A stretch of 20,000 bases of DNA from Atractiella rhizophila (taxonomy: Eukaryota). Below, one piece after another: positions 9,031 through 20,000 of this stretch. Both the position numbers and the translations under genes were made by a program. How positions within the stretch are numbered: position 1 is the stretch's first letter; every line of letters starts with the position of its first letter. Location of the stretch: positions 59,529 through 79,528 of the forward strand of contig MU271371.1 in assembly GCA_021432655.1 (NCBI GenBank). Direction: 5' to 3'. The notes under the pieces were generated by a model, which saw only the letters and a list, made by a program, of their open reading frames with translations, was not told the origin of the DNA and searched no databases.

Positions 9031-12000
9031 ATGCCTTCTCTGCCTCTCCCCAACCTGCGCTTCTCGCTCTCCAACCTCCCTCCGTCCGCTAACTCCTCAT
9101 CCGCCGCACTAGACAAGGATAAGGATAACACTCCAGCAGCATCGACATCATCCCACCCCTTCTCACCATCCAGCGATAAAGGCAAGGAGAAGGATCACAG
9201 GGATAAGGATAAGGATAAAGGCAAGGAGAAGGAGCGACGCAAACTCCGAAAATCCCAACGAACATCCACATCCTCCAACCCCTTCCTCTCTCACTCCCAC
9301 TCCCACCCGTCCTCCTCCGCCTCCTCCTCCGAAGACGCCCCTCCACCAGCCACCAGCACCAACGCCGTCCACGCCCGACGTCCGTCCAAAGACCGATCGC
9401 GAGAAGACACCATCCGCGCCTCCGCCCCCCCGTACGCCTCCGATCCCGCAGGCTACTCGCCCAGCAGACAAGACACCATCCGACCCCTCCCCCCTCCCTC
9501 TCCCTTACACTCTTCCCCCGCGACCGCGAAAGGCAAACTGCGCCCTCCCAGTCCTTTTCATTCTTCTCCCGCCCCTAGTTCGACCACTTTGAGACCCGGA
9601 TCGGCGATGGCGATGCAGGTGGTCGATGAGAGAGAGGGGGGGAAGACGCCGAAGGTTCGAGCGGTCACTTTGGAGCCTGAGCGGGCTTCGGGAAGTGGAT
9701 TGACGAGTGGGTTCGGAGCCGGATTTGGAGATGCGGAGGGAAGAGGGGCGAGGAGAGGACATAGTATGAGCGCCTGGACGGGCAGTAAGAGTCAGGCGTA
9801 CGTTGAAAAGCTCATGGGAGACCTGGGAGCGTTGGATTTGAAGGGAACGACGGCGATGAGTGTCGGTGGTGGCAATCAGATGGTCGTTCAGTGCGTATCC
9901 CTTCCTTTTTCATCCATTTGTTCGTTGGGATGGTGTGAATGTGTTCGATGGCGAGAGAGAGATTATTCGGACACTGTTGTGCAACGGAATCATCCCGTCG
10001 TAGACAGTTGTCCTCTATGAGATGGGATCGCTCGTCTCCATTTTACGTGATATCATCCGCGTAAAACAAGATGCGTTGTGCTCCATCACCAGCTGAATTT
10101 ATGGATATCCACCTGGAACGTAATGTTCTCCGAGCTGGATTCATGAGCCGTCAATCCTTCGATTCCTTTCGATGATTTGGATCCTTTTCGCGAAAAGCGC
10201 CGCAAAGCGTATCTTATCCATTTCCTCTGAGGAGCTGATAAGAGTCTCCCTGCTTCGATGTGGAGGTTGCGGTTCTGAGGAGACTTTCGCGAGTCTGAGA
10301 ACAAGTGGACGCTCACCTTTTTGCATCCCTTCTTGTTGCTGCTGCTGCAATGAGGGAGGTGAACGAATAGAGTAAGGGATGTCCCAATAGCGTTACCAGA
10401 GTAACGAGTCTTGAGATTCATTATGCTTTTTCATGTTCACGTTCTTGCGACTGTTGACGTCATTTGTTCGATGGGATGGGAGAGGGAACCAGTGGGTGGG
10501 AGAGCTAGAGTTATCTATTCCTATGCCTTACCATGAGAAACTGAATAGGGGAAAGAGAACTTGGCGTTGGCGGATTGAAAACATGACAATGGTCTTCATC
10601 CCAGCTGAAGTCGATCGAGAGTATAGTCCATGTCCCTCCTTCCTCATTGCACCAGCTTTTGCGTGTGCTCTACTGCACCGTAATTGCAGGAAAAGCAGGG
10701 TTCGTGAAGTCTCTGGCATGCATTAGGGCGGCGTGTTTGTTCCCGCTTGCATCCTTGCATGACTTGTGCGGACGCTATGACTCCGCCACTGTGTGCCGAC
10801 GACGTACACAGGCTGTAAGCCCGTCTTATGAGTTGTTGGGGCTGGAAAACAGGTTTTAAACACAACACCATGAATTCTGTTGAACTCGTCTTTCCGTATT
10901 CGTTCTCTCGATCCACCATGATGGGTGATGCTGACTTGCCCGCTAACTTGTGCAGGATGCTCAATGCGATGAGCTCGACGCCAATGAGCGATGAGGAGGA
11001 GGATGAAGAGGAGGCTAAAGAACGCGAGGGAGAGATTCACGAAGATGAGAGCGGAACAGAAACCGAGGGAGACATGGGTATGCTCATCACTTTTCGATGT
11101 TGCCCTTGAGCTAACGATTTCATCAGAACCCGAAGAGAAACCAGCGGTGCTCTCTTCGATCCACGCCATCCACAAACCGATCCGCCATCAAAAAGTCCTC
11201 GAACATCTCCCTCCCCTCCCCGGCTCTCCATCAGCATCAGGGGTGATATCACCCGTCGAAGAATACCCGCCATCGTCATCCGACGCCTCCTCGGAAGGTG
11301 AAGGCTCCGCCCCCATCACTCAATCCCTCGGAGCGCGCAAATCCTCCACCCTTTCTGCCCGGGTCGTACGACGATCCCGGCTCGCTGGCAAGTTGCAGGA
11401 AGTGTTTCAGCTCCCGGAGGCAGAGGAGGTTCTGGCTGAGTTTCCCGCTTGGCTGTTCAGGAGCATTCTCCTACAGGGTTACATGTATTTGACCACTGGT
11501 CATGTGTGCTTCTATGCGTATATGAACCCACCGAAGGAGGGAGAAGTCGTGCGCAGTGGAACGTTGGGGAAGAAGGGGAGAGGGAGGAAGTATTATCGGT
11601 ATTGGTTCGTGTTGAAGGATCACGTCCTTAGTTGGTACAGCAATTCGACGGAGATTTATTTCCCCGATGGAGATATCGATTTGCGTTATTGTAACGCTGT
11701 CGAACCTTCTCGTAACCTTTCTCTCTGAACTGAATACTCAAATGCTGACAAGAAAATAGAAACCCACCCACATCACTTCAAGGTCCACGTAGGCTCGAAA
11801 ATATATCATTTTTCGACTTCATCTCCAACCTCTCGTGCCGAATGGATCAAGTCTATCAAGAAAGTCATCTTCCGTGCTCAGAACTCAGGCGAATCGGTCA
11901 AGATTTCCATACCCCTCGAAGCAGTCGTAGACGTGGACGTCGCGGTGGCCGTCGTTGGCACAGAAGCGATGCGGATAAGGGTGTACGATGTAGAGGAAGG

Positions 12001-15000
12001 GTGGAGCTTGGACGACTACTTCTTCGCATACATCGACGACATCGAAGAGAAAGTGGACATGATCAAGAATGCCGTCGATGTCTTTCGGAAACGACATCCG
12101 GAGCTTGCGTCTGGTGGGAAGGAGAAGAGCGGAGTGGAGGATTCGACCGGCTTGCACGTCCTCGTTCCTAAATCTAGTCCTCCCAACCTCGAAGGGAGAC
12201 CGATAGAACATACCAAGACTGACCCTGGAGCTGGAACGACAGTCCTGGGCAGTTTGGGAGCCAAACTCAACCCGTTTTCGTTCACGTCCAAGAATCAAGT
12301 TTCTTCTCCCGCCAGCGAGCATCCACCACCCTTAATCAGAAATATTTCTGAAGGCGACCGCGTCGTCACCACGAGGAGGCAAGATAGCGTACGAAAGTCT
12401 CTGAAGAAGGGAAGCTCTTCCGAATCAGACCATACGTATCCTCCCGCGACGCCTCCTCATGCCAACACTATGCAGAGCTCTTCGACCCATTCTTCGGGAA
12501 GCAGCTGGGTCCCTAATGTGAAGGGCTGGATGCCTCGCGGCCTCATCGGTCGCAAGGTGACCCAGACTGTCTCCAGTCCTACGAGCCCGCCCAGGAGCAA
12601 GACTGCGCCTGTCGCGACGCCTCAGGGACCAGGTGCTTTGGAAGCGAGCTATGCCTTTTTAGAACGGGAAGATGAAGGAGAGGAGAAAGAAGAAGAGGGA
12701 AGGATATTGAGAGAGCGTTTTAAGACTTATTTCGCTCTACCGGATCGCGACACTGCCATCTCTCGTCAGTTTACTCTCCCATGTTGAATTTACCTGCTGA
12801 CGCGATACTCAGAATGGCCCGCTTACTTGTTTCGTGGTTTACCGATTATCGGAAAGATGTACCTCAGCACTCTCTCGCTCTGCTTCCGGAGCACTAGCAT
12901 TCTGGCCAGCACCAAGGTACGTTGATTCAGGTGTTGTAACACGAATGTGCCATATTAAAAGAAACATAGATGGTTCTTCCCCTAAAGGACGTCATTTCCG
13001 TACAGAAGCATCGTGCGCTTCGACCAGGCCTATTTGGTCTTGTCGTTGTCATAAAGGGCCATGAAGAGATCTTCTTCGAGATGACCGGTGCAGAGCGACG
13101 GGATTCAGTCATGGCTGCCATCCAACATAGGATCGACTTAGTACAGAAAGAACTTGCCCACGCTCCGGAACGCGAAGAATCACTGTCGAAGAAAGAGGCG
13201 GAGATGTTGGTTCAACTCGAATCAACTAATTCAGAATTGTTCACTTCGTCTCGTCCGCCACCAGAGAACCAGAGCGAGACTGTTCCCCCAGTCATGTTCC
13301 GCTCGACCTCTTCTTCTTTTGTCACCTTCCGGCCAGAAAAGTCACTCAAGTTTACATGTCTAACGATCGGGTCGAGGGGCGACGTCCAGCCTTACATTGC
13401 CCTTGCAAAGGGGTTGATTGCCGAAGGGCATCAAGTGAGAATTGCGAGTCATGGCGAGTATAGGGAGTGGGTAGAAGGTCATGGAATCGAGTTCAGAGAG
13501 TGTGGCGGCGATCCTGCGGAGCTGATGAAACTCTCAGTAGATAACGGCATGTTTTCAGTCTCCTTCTTGAGAGAGGGTATCGCGAAGGTTCGTCGGTCCC
13601 TCATCATATTTGTCCTTTGCACTAACCATAATTATTTGCAACAACAGTTCAGAGGTTGGCTCGACGAACTCCTTGTCTCAACCTGGGAAGCATGCCAAGG
13701 AACTGAAGTATTGATCGAGTCCCCGTCGACGATGGCTGGCATCCATATCTCGGAAGCTTTGCAGATCCCCTACTTCCGTGCTTTCACTATGCCGTGGACA
13801 CGTACTCGAGCCTACCCTCACGCTTTCGCTGTACCCGATCACAAAATGGGAGGAAGCTACAATTATATGACCTACACCCTCATTGATACAGTGTTTTGGA
13901 AAGCGACAGCTGGTCAGGTCAATCGATGGCGGAGGAAAACGCTTGGACTGGGTCCTACGAATATGGAGAAAATGGCGCAAGATAAAGTGCCTTTCCTCTA
14001 CAACTTTTCGACCGCCTTGGTCGTACGTCTTCCCCTTGATTCTCCATGCCTCATACTGACTCACGGGCCGTGGTAGCCTCCACCATTGGACTGGCACGAA
14101 TGGGTGCATGTAACTGGTTATTGGAACTTGTCGAATCCCGACGACTCGAAGACCCACAAGTGGACTCCGCCAGACACTCTAGTAGCCTTCCTCTCTCGCG
14201 CTGAACAAGAGAACAAGAAGGTGGTCTACATTGGCTTTGGATCTATCGTCGTCCAAGATCCTGTTGCGCTCACGAATTCTATTGTCGAAGGTGTTTCAAA
14301 AGCAGGTGTGATGGCCATCGTCTCGAAAGGCTGGAGCGATCGGATGTTGAAGACCGACACGGTCGAAGCGTTGGAAGAGAGCAAGATTCAAGAGGAAAAG
14401 GAAAAGAATATCCTGGACGAGAATCCTAACATATACAACGTCAAGTCCATTCCTCACGATTGGCTCTTCCCAAGGATTCATGCTGCTGTTCATCATGGAG
14501 GAGCTGGCACGACTGGCGCATCGCTGAGGAATGGACTGCCCACGATCATCCGGCCGTTCTTCGGGGACCAGGTTTGTCTCATATTCTTGTTTTCGAACCA
14601 TCATATGCTGAGACGCAAGATAGTTCTTCTGGGCTGATAGAGTCGAGAGCATGGGTATTGGACTCGGAATCAAGAAAGTGACTGTAGACAATCTGGTTCA
14701 CGCTTTAAAGATAGCTACAACTGATGAACGAATGATTGGACGCGCGAAATCAGTGGGAGAGCAATTGCGTGCTGTTCGTCTCACCCTCCTTCACTTCTAT
14801 ATCTCGGAACAGCACTGATGGCAAAAACAGGAGGATGGAGTCGCAACCGCAATAGAGACTATCTATCGAGACCTGCCATATGCCACAAACCTAGTACAAA
14901 AGAAGGTGGCCCAACCTCCGTCATCAACTACACCCGTCCTTCCTTCGCTCAAAAAGTCCCCTACTCCCGCCACTAACACCGTCAAAGACCACTGCGGACC

Positions 15001-15325
15001 TATAAGAAGCGTCTCTATGTTCGGCCGGAAGACAGCATCCGGCACTGGAGAATCGACTCCCAATTCGGGTTCCCAAATTCAGACCCCTCCAGCCTCTGCG
15101 CCGCTGCCGTACAGGAGTCCATCGAATTCAATAACGAGCGATGCTGAGAGTTGGGATCTGATGAGTCGGACAGGAGAGAGTGCGGAGAGCAGCCCAGAGA
15201 GAAGCGAGGATGACGAGGGGAGAGAGAAGGAGAAGGAGAAGGAAGAGAAGAGGAAGAAGAGATTCTCACTTGATATTAGAGTAGGCATGGGAATGGGAAT
15301 GAGTCGGAAGACAGACAAGGCATAG
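9031..15325 (+). CDS. ATG26: Sterol 3-beta-glucosyltransferase (GRAM-PH-GRAM-GT1), about 1,602 aa, 10 exons
   Basis: Exons 9031-9890, 10956-11077, 11127-11711, 11760-12764, 12813-12916, 12970-13587, 13648-14022, 14077-14571, 14624-14773 and 14831-15325 total 4,809 nt in frame. Motifs: [16 protein letters not shown] (GRAM), [14 protein letters not shown] (PH), [63 protein letters not shown]. Joining of exon 1 across the 1,065-nt intron is less certain than the rest. Confidence 0.93.
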
Positions 15326-15960
15326 ATTTTCCTTTCATAATCGGTTTCTTTGGAGTACGACCGTTCGATTGCCCATCGACAGAGTCCTTTTACAGCGTGA
15401 TATATATTTACTTTTCTTTCTCTCTCTACGACAACCATACTCATTTCTTTCATCTGGTCCAAGGGTGCCAAGTGAATACCTTCCTCACTTGTTATATTTC
15501 AGTTCATTCCTCGATGTTCAGGTCCACAGGTATATAGACTGTGTACAAATAGTGCAATTCGGCTCATCCATTCATCTCACTTCTTTGCTACGAAACGAAC
15601 TTGAAAGTGAGCGCTTCCAGCTGGGATTGATTGACTGAGGCCAGAATGAGGCTGCCCACAGCTTCAGGGCAGAGATTGTTAATGAGGGTTGACTACACTG
15701 GTTATTTCTGTGAGGTTTAGCTAAAAACGTGTCGTCAATTGTTTGTTGAATCTGAGGGTCGTAAAATGACGTCGATTCTGGAACTGCCTGTCATTCTCAA
15801 ATGTAACTTTGATGTATGCACAAGGCGGGACCAGGCGGGACTGAACCTCGAAGGCAGCGCGGGAGAGTATAAAAGCTGTCCTCTCCTCCTTCCCTTCCCC
15901 AAGACTCGACACTCGAACGAAACTAAGACACTTCACTTCCTCTGAGCAGAATAGCAAACC

Positions 15961-16620
15961 ATGTCTTACCAGTGGGTATCGCAGCACTCTGGCCAGGAAG
16001 TAGGCTTTCATCTCTCCTGACCTCCCTTCAGTCTTTCGCTGATCCATCGTTTACTTGTAGATCCCACAAAACGCCATCAAAGGCGGTCATGAAGCAGATG
16101 GAAAAGTTTTTTACATCGCGAGAACCCATCACGACGGGTCCGTGCAGCTAGGCAAAGTGGGAGAGACGACTGGCAGAGGAATTCTGTTTCCCTACGGAGG
16201 GAAGGAGGAATACAGCGGGAACTACGAGGTCACCAGTTTCCTTCTCCCCTTCCTCCTCCTCAGAAAGATGCTGAATCGAAACGTTAACGTTGCAACAGAT
16301 TCTCACCGGAGATATGAACACCTTGAAATGGATTGATTGGCAGGACCAAGTCAACGAACCAGGACAAGGATGGTTCGTTGGTTCTCTAGCTTCTGTGTTG
16401 CCTTTCGCTGAAGGATGATTTAATGATGCCGTTCCTTGTGAAAAGGAATCCAGTGGAAGGAGGCAAAGATAAGGACGGTAGCCAGCTCTTTGTCGCCGTC
16501 GCCTCCCATGAGGGCTGCGAGATTCCAGGAAAGACGGGAATGCGCCTGCCTAAAGTTTGTTTTGGTTACGGGGGGAAGGAACATGAGGCGAAGAACTATA
16601 AAGTGCTCGCCGTAAAGTGA
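15961..16620 (+). CDS. DM9-repeat (DUF3421) protein, two repeats, 151 aa, no signal peptide; putative lectin
   Basis: Exons 15961-15999, 16061-16228, 16299-16372 and 16446-16620 total 456 nt. Repeat 1: WV..IPQNAIKGGHEADGKVFYIAR..GSVQLGKV..FPYGGKE..YEIL. Repeat 2: W..PVEGGKDKDGSQLFVA..GCEIPGK..FGYGGKEHEAKNYKVL. Confidence 0.88.
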
Positions 16621-17123
16621 AAGGCGAAATTGTCATGAAACAATGGACTGGGCAAATGAATCAATCTGTCAATGCATGCAATGTAACAATGCAATGTAAC
16701 CACCAAATGTTTCAATACTCATCCTGTTTCTCAGTTGTAGACTGCAAAATTCTTCCACCCGCCGAACACGGGAAGTAGTATCCAGACGCCAAAGCATGGT
16801 ACAGCGAGGAGACGGAAAAGCAGAGAGTAATCACGAAAATCGTGCACAAGGGCTGGGATACGATAACGATTCGATCTTGCCTCCAGTGTGGAACTCAAGT
16901 AGAAAGAAAGCCATAACGCATGCACACATCTTTTGTTCAGAAGACCGAGAAAGGATCTTAAAGAGATGAATGAATGCATCCTGCTTTTACCCATTGATGC
17001 AGCTTAGCTGTCTTTCATTCACGGTATCATCGAATTGAGGATAAAATGTAAACTTTGTAAAAGACATTGTAGCAATATCGAGCATCAAGGTTTTTCATTT
17101 AGCCCTCCCTGCTCGAATGATCC

Positions 17124-17386
17124 TCAAGCGCAGTGGTCGCAGTTATTGACATCTGGGTCTTCAACAGCATGTCACGTCACAATCAAACACATCAGAAGGG
17201 AAAAACAAGGGCAACGTACTGCAAGGGCAGCGAGGCTGATTTGAAAAAGAAAATATATCAGCCCGACAAAAGTGAAGAAAGACGAAGTCTCACGAGGCGC
17301 TTTTCCATTGCCTGTTCCGTCGTCGCTCCAAACACTGCTCCGAAGAGAAGGAAGATGGAGGCCACTCTGATGATGGAGAAGTTCAT
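17124..17386 (-). CDS. Small secreted cysteine-rich prepropeptide, 47 aa: MNFSIIRVASIFLLFGAVFG-ATTEQAMEKR-LPRCPCNPDVNNCDHCA
   Basis: Exons 17386-17294, 17235-17220 and 17158-17124. Introns are GTGAGA..CAG (58 nt) and GTACGT..AAG (61 nt); an alternative in-frame CAG acceptor lies 6 nt further on. The product has an n/h/c signal peptide, a KR dibasic site and 4 Cys. Confidence 0.75.
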
Positions 17387-18869
17387 ACCTTAGAGGTAAA
17401 TAAGTATGAGCAGTTGTATCTTCATTTGAGAAATACCCACTGCTTCTAGGAAACAAAAATTTTGCTTGTTTCGCAGACGTGGTCCTTCTCTGGAAAGGCG
17501 CTCATTTTATGAGTCGGCCTCCTCCCGACGAAAAGACAGAGCAGTTACGAACAGAAGAATGAGACAATGTGAGACCAAGAAAGCGCCTTGGATATTGAAC
17601 TTGGCTTCACATTAAAGGTTGCAATTTTCTCCCGACTTTTGGTGGAGATTTCATATAGATGTACACGAACAGCAAGATCACGAATCTGTACCGCCAAGGG
17701 TAGTGGGAGGAAAGACAAAGCACGAGTACGAGAGTCTAAGTATTAATAACACATCCGGGGTCTAGATCTTGGACAGGAGTGAAGTTTTGAGCTAAGATTC
17801 GAGAATTGTCTTTGTATCCAAAATCCATCAGCAAACAAACTTGGAATGGATTAATTTCAGCAGATCTTAAATCAGTTAGAATCCCGTAAAACAGTCTCCA
17901 TAAATGAGAACCAAGAGGCACAGTCAGCAGCAAGATGAAACCTGGTGCTTTCATGCACTTCTGATAAAATGGCAATAGGGTAACAGTGTTGTTATCAAAC
18001 CTTATTACCTCAGGCTCCTCGTCTACTTCCCATCGGATCCGCCTGATTCTGTTCAAAAAACCAGAAAATTGAAAGTCATAATCAGCAGTAATCATGAGAT
18101 GATGGATTCAAATCTCACGCTTGCATTCGTTTGTTGGAGGCGAAGGAAGTCTGATCTGAGACCAAAGAGGAAAGGGGGAGTTCGGTGAGAGGATATTAGA
18201 ACAATGTGCTTTTTTTTAAGGCGTCCCAGGCCAACCCAGGCGCGTTATTTCTATCCATACTTTGTCCCAATATAGTACAATTCCGAGTGTTGTCGCACTT
18301 CCTGTCATTGGTCGTGGGAACTCCATGGAAACGCTCTATCATTCAGGTTCTCAGAGAACTCAAGGGTCATGTTCCCCATCAATCCCTGCCTCCATTCCTA
18401 TGTGAAGGAGTGACAATTATCCTGTTCTGTCTGACACCAAGGATCACTTCTTTATCAGAAGAAACAATGACAATGAATACAGACCAACACACGTGATCAT
18501 TTTGAGTCAGACCGAAGAGTTGCGAAGTCAGCCAAGAAATTGAGATGCTCACCAGTTTGACCAAGTTTGACCCCAAAGCTGCAAAAAGCGTTCCTCCGTC
18601 TGGGGACCGTAATAGTATCGCATTTGTCCGCACTGTTGCCGTGTACGTCGTGGACTGAACATTGCTCATTCCCTTGTCCTCGCACGCACAACTCGATGAT
18701 CGCCTTCAAGGTTTTCGCGAACTCGGTTCGACCATATGAGCCAGGATGGCTCGGCGTTGCGCTTGGGGCTTTCTCAATCAACGACCGCTTTGCCTGGGCC
18801 ATTTTCTTCTTCTTTCTTCGTTTTAATTCTCACACACAATGTCCAGTTTGCCCCGATGGCATCATAACC

Positions 18870-20000
18870 ATGATCCAGCCTCTTCCAAGTGGGGGAAAGC
18901 GCCGCCTTCGCCTTACTTCACTTGCCCTCCCTTTGACCTTCCTCCTCTTCGGTGCCTGGCTTCTCTCTCCATCCGACCCCCTCATCTCAATTTCATCTCC
19001 CCCATCCTCGCTCGAAATATCGAAAACTGTCCGCACAGCAGACCACATGGACATCTACACATCCACCTCCGAGACCTCTGTTCAAAGAGAACAACGGGGA
19101 CGGTGAAGAGGAGAAATTTCTCATTTTTACCGCACAGCGGATTCCACAACCAGAGGATCGCTCTCCAGAACGCACTTTCTCTTGCAGCTTTCACGGGTCG
19201 TACTCTCCTTCTTCCGCCAATATGGACCGGACGACCCATACNNNNNNNNNNNNNNNNNNNNNNNNNCACGGGTCGTACTCTCCTTCTTCCGCCAATATGG
19301 ACCGGACGACCCATACATCTCGATACCTATAAATGGTTGAAGGGTCGATGGGAAAAGGCGGTTGGAGATGGACATGGAGGGATGGAGTTTGTAGCGTGGG
19401 ATTTTATGTTCGATTTGAGCTTTGTGGAAGAGGCTGGAGTGAGATTAGCAAATCGATGGGGTCGGGAAATGGAGGAGTCGATATTGTTAGAGAGCTTAGA
19501 CTTTACAGAAAAAGATGTGGTGTGTTCTTTCTACTTCTACTGTTGCCGAGAGTCATACATCCTAACGAAATCTGGCGAGAAAAGCTGCGAATAGAGGAGG
19601 AAATAGCTTTGCCGAAGATCCGGTACGATTTACAATATGTCTCAACTCCATCGCCAACGAACTCGTTGATCGATCCCATCCCTCCATCAGAACTAGTCAA
19701 ATTTCACCGCAATATTTCCCTCCCCATTCTGCGCACTCGTCCAGAAAAGCTTTTACTATTCGGTTCTCTCTTCGGTACAGATCGTTTTGTCTTGGATTCC
19801 TCCATCGAGTACACACCTGAGTGGTTCCGTGCGCGATTAGTGCCGAGGCAGGAGAGGTTGAAGACCGTCGCGAGGAGGATGGCAGTGATGCTCGGTGGTG
19901 AACAGAGGTACATCGGTGCACTAGGTCGAGTGGGAGATGGAGTATTCAAGAAGGAGGAAGTGGAACGGATGCAACGGCTCCATGACGAGCTGATTGTACA
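18870..20000 (+). CDS. Fungal O-fucosyltransferase-like (GDP-fucose GT-B, CigA-like) type II membrane protein. Frameshifted as assembled and truncated by the window end.
   Basis: N-terminal TM segment LTSLALPLTFLLFGAWLL. Motifs LPHSGFHNQRIALQNALSLAAFTGRTLLLPP, LLLFGSLFG and LGGEQRYIGALGRVGDGVF. Intron at 19520-19584. The TM segment, the EEEKFL segment and the PHSGFHNQ segment lie in three different frames. Confidence 0.78.
19192..19316. other. Assembly gap (25 N, 19242-19266) flanked by an identical 50-nt duplication
   Basis: 19192-19241 is identical to 19267-19316, typical of unmerged overlapping contig ends. Confidence 0.92.

Noticed and set aside
9100..9560. KDKDK/KEKE and Ser/Pro-rich repeats (also 8455-8490 and 15220-15262)
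   Set aside because: Ordinary low-complexity coding sequence in disordered regions, not a repeat array.
16676..16700. Short tandem ATGCAATGTAAC duplication
   Set aside because: Two 12-nt copies in a 3' UTR; a trivial slippage product.
17133..17393. 86-aa + strand ORF
   Set aside because: It is the antisense shadow of the spliced secreted-peptide gene, which has far better support.
17736..18802. - strand ORFs 18802-18497 (good Kozak context, donor-like sites) and 18095-17736
   Set aside because: No recognisable domain and no coherent spliced model. The ATG is only 68 nt from the divergent ATG at 18870. A gene cannot be excluded but cannot be supported.
19192..19316. Perfect 50-nt direct repeat around the N run (apparent duplicated TGRTLLLPPIWTGRPI)
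   Set aside because: It flanks a scaffold gap exactly, so it is an unmerged contig overlap rather than biology.
1..20000. Apparent glycosylation/membrane 'cluster' (GT15 x2, PHS1, YKT6, ATG26, DM9, O-fucosyltransferase-like)
   Set aside because: These act in unrelated pathways and are mostly housekeeping genes. There is no backbone enzyme, regulator or shared motif indicating a functional cluster.
1..20000. CRISPR arrays, tRNA/rRNA genes, transposase or reverse-transcriptase ORFs
   Set aside because: None seen. This is eukaryotic sequence with no spaced repeat arrays or recognisable mobile-element domains.

Overview
Intron-rich fungal genomic DNA. The short (about 45-75 nt) GT-AG introns, CTRAC/CTCAT-type branch sites and gene content suggest a basidiomycete (inference). 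From left to right: (1) a tandemly duplicated KRE2/MNT1-family (GT15) mannosyltransferase gene on the - strand, with a 2,444-bp repeat offset; (2) a small predicted membrane protein; (3) PHS1 (VLCFA 3-hydroxyacyl-CoA dehydratase), whose 476-nt first intron can fold extensively; (4) the R-SNARE YKT6; (5) about 2 kb without a recognisable gene; (6) ATG26/UGT51 sterol glucosyltransferase with a 1,065-nt first intron; (7) a two-repeat DM9 lectin-like gene; (8) a 3-exon gene absent from the ORF track, encoding a 47-aa signal peptide/Kex2 precursor of a 4-cysteine peptide; (9) the 5' part of a frameshifted O-fucosyltransferase-like gene that spans an assembly gap. The best leads are the hidden Cys-rich secreted peptide and the structured RNA-like PHS1 intron. 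All gene models were spliced by eye and need RNA-seq confirmation.
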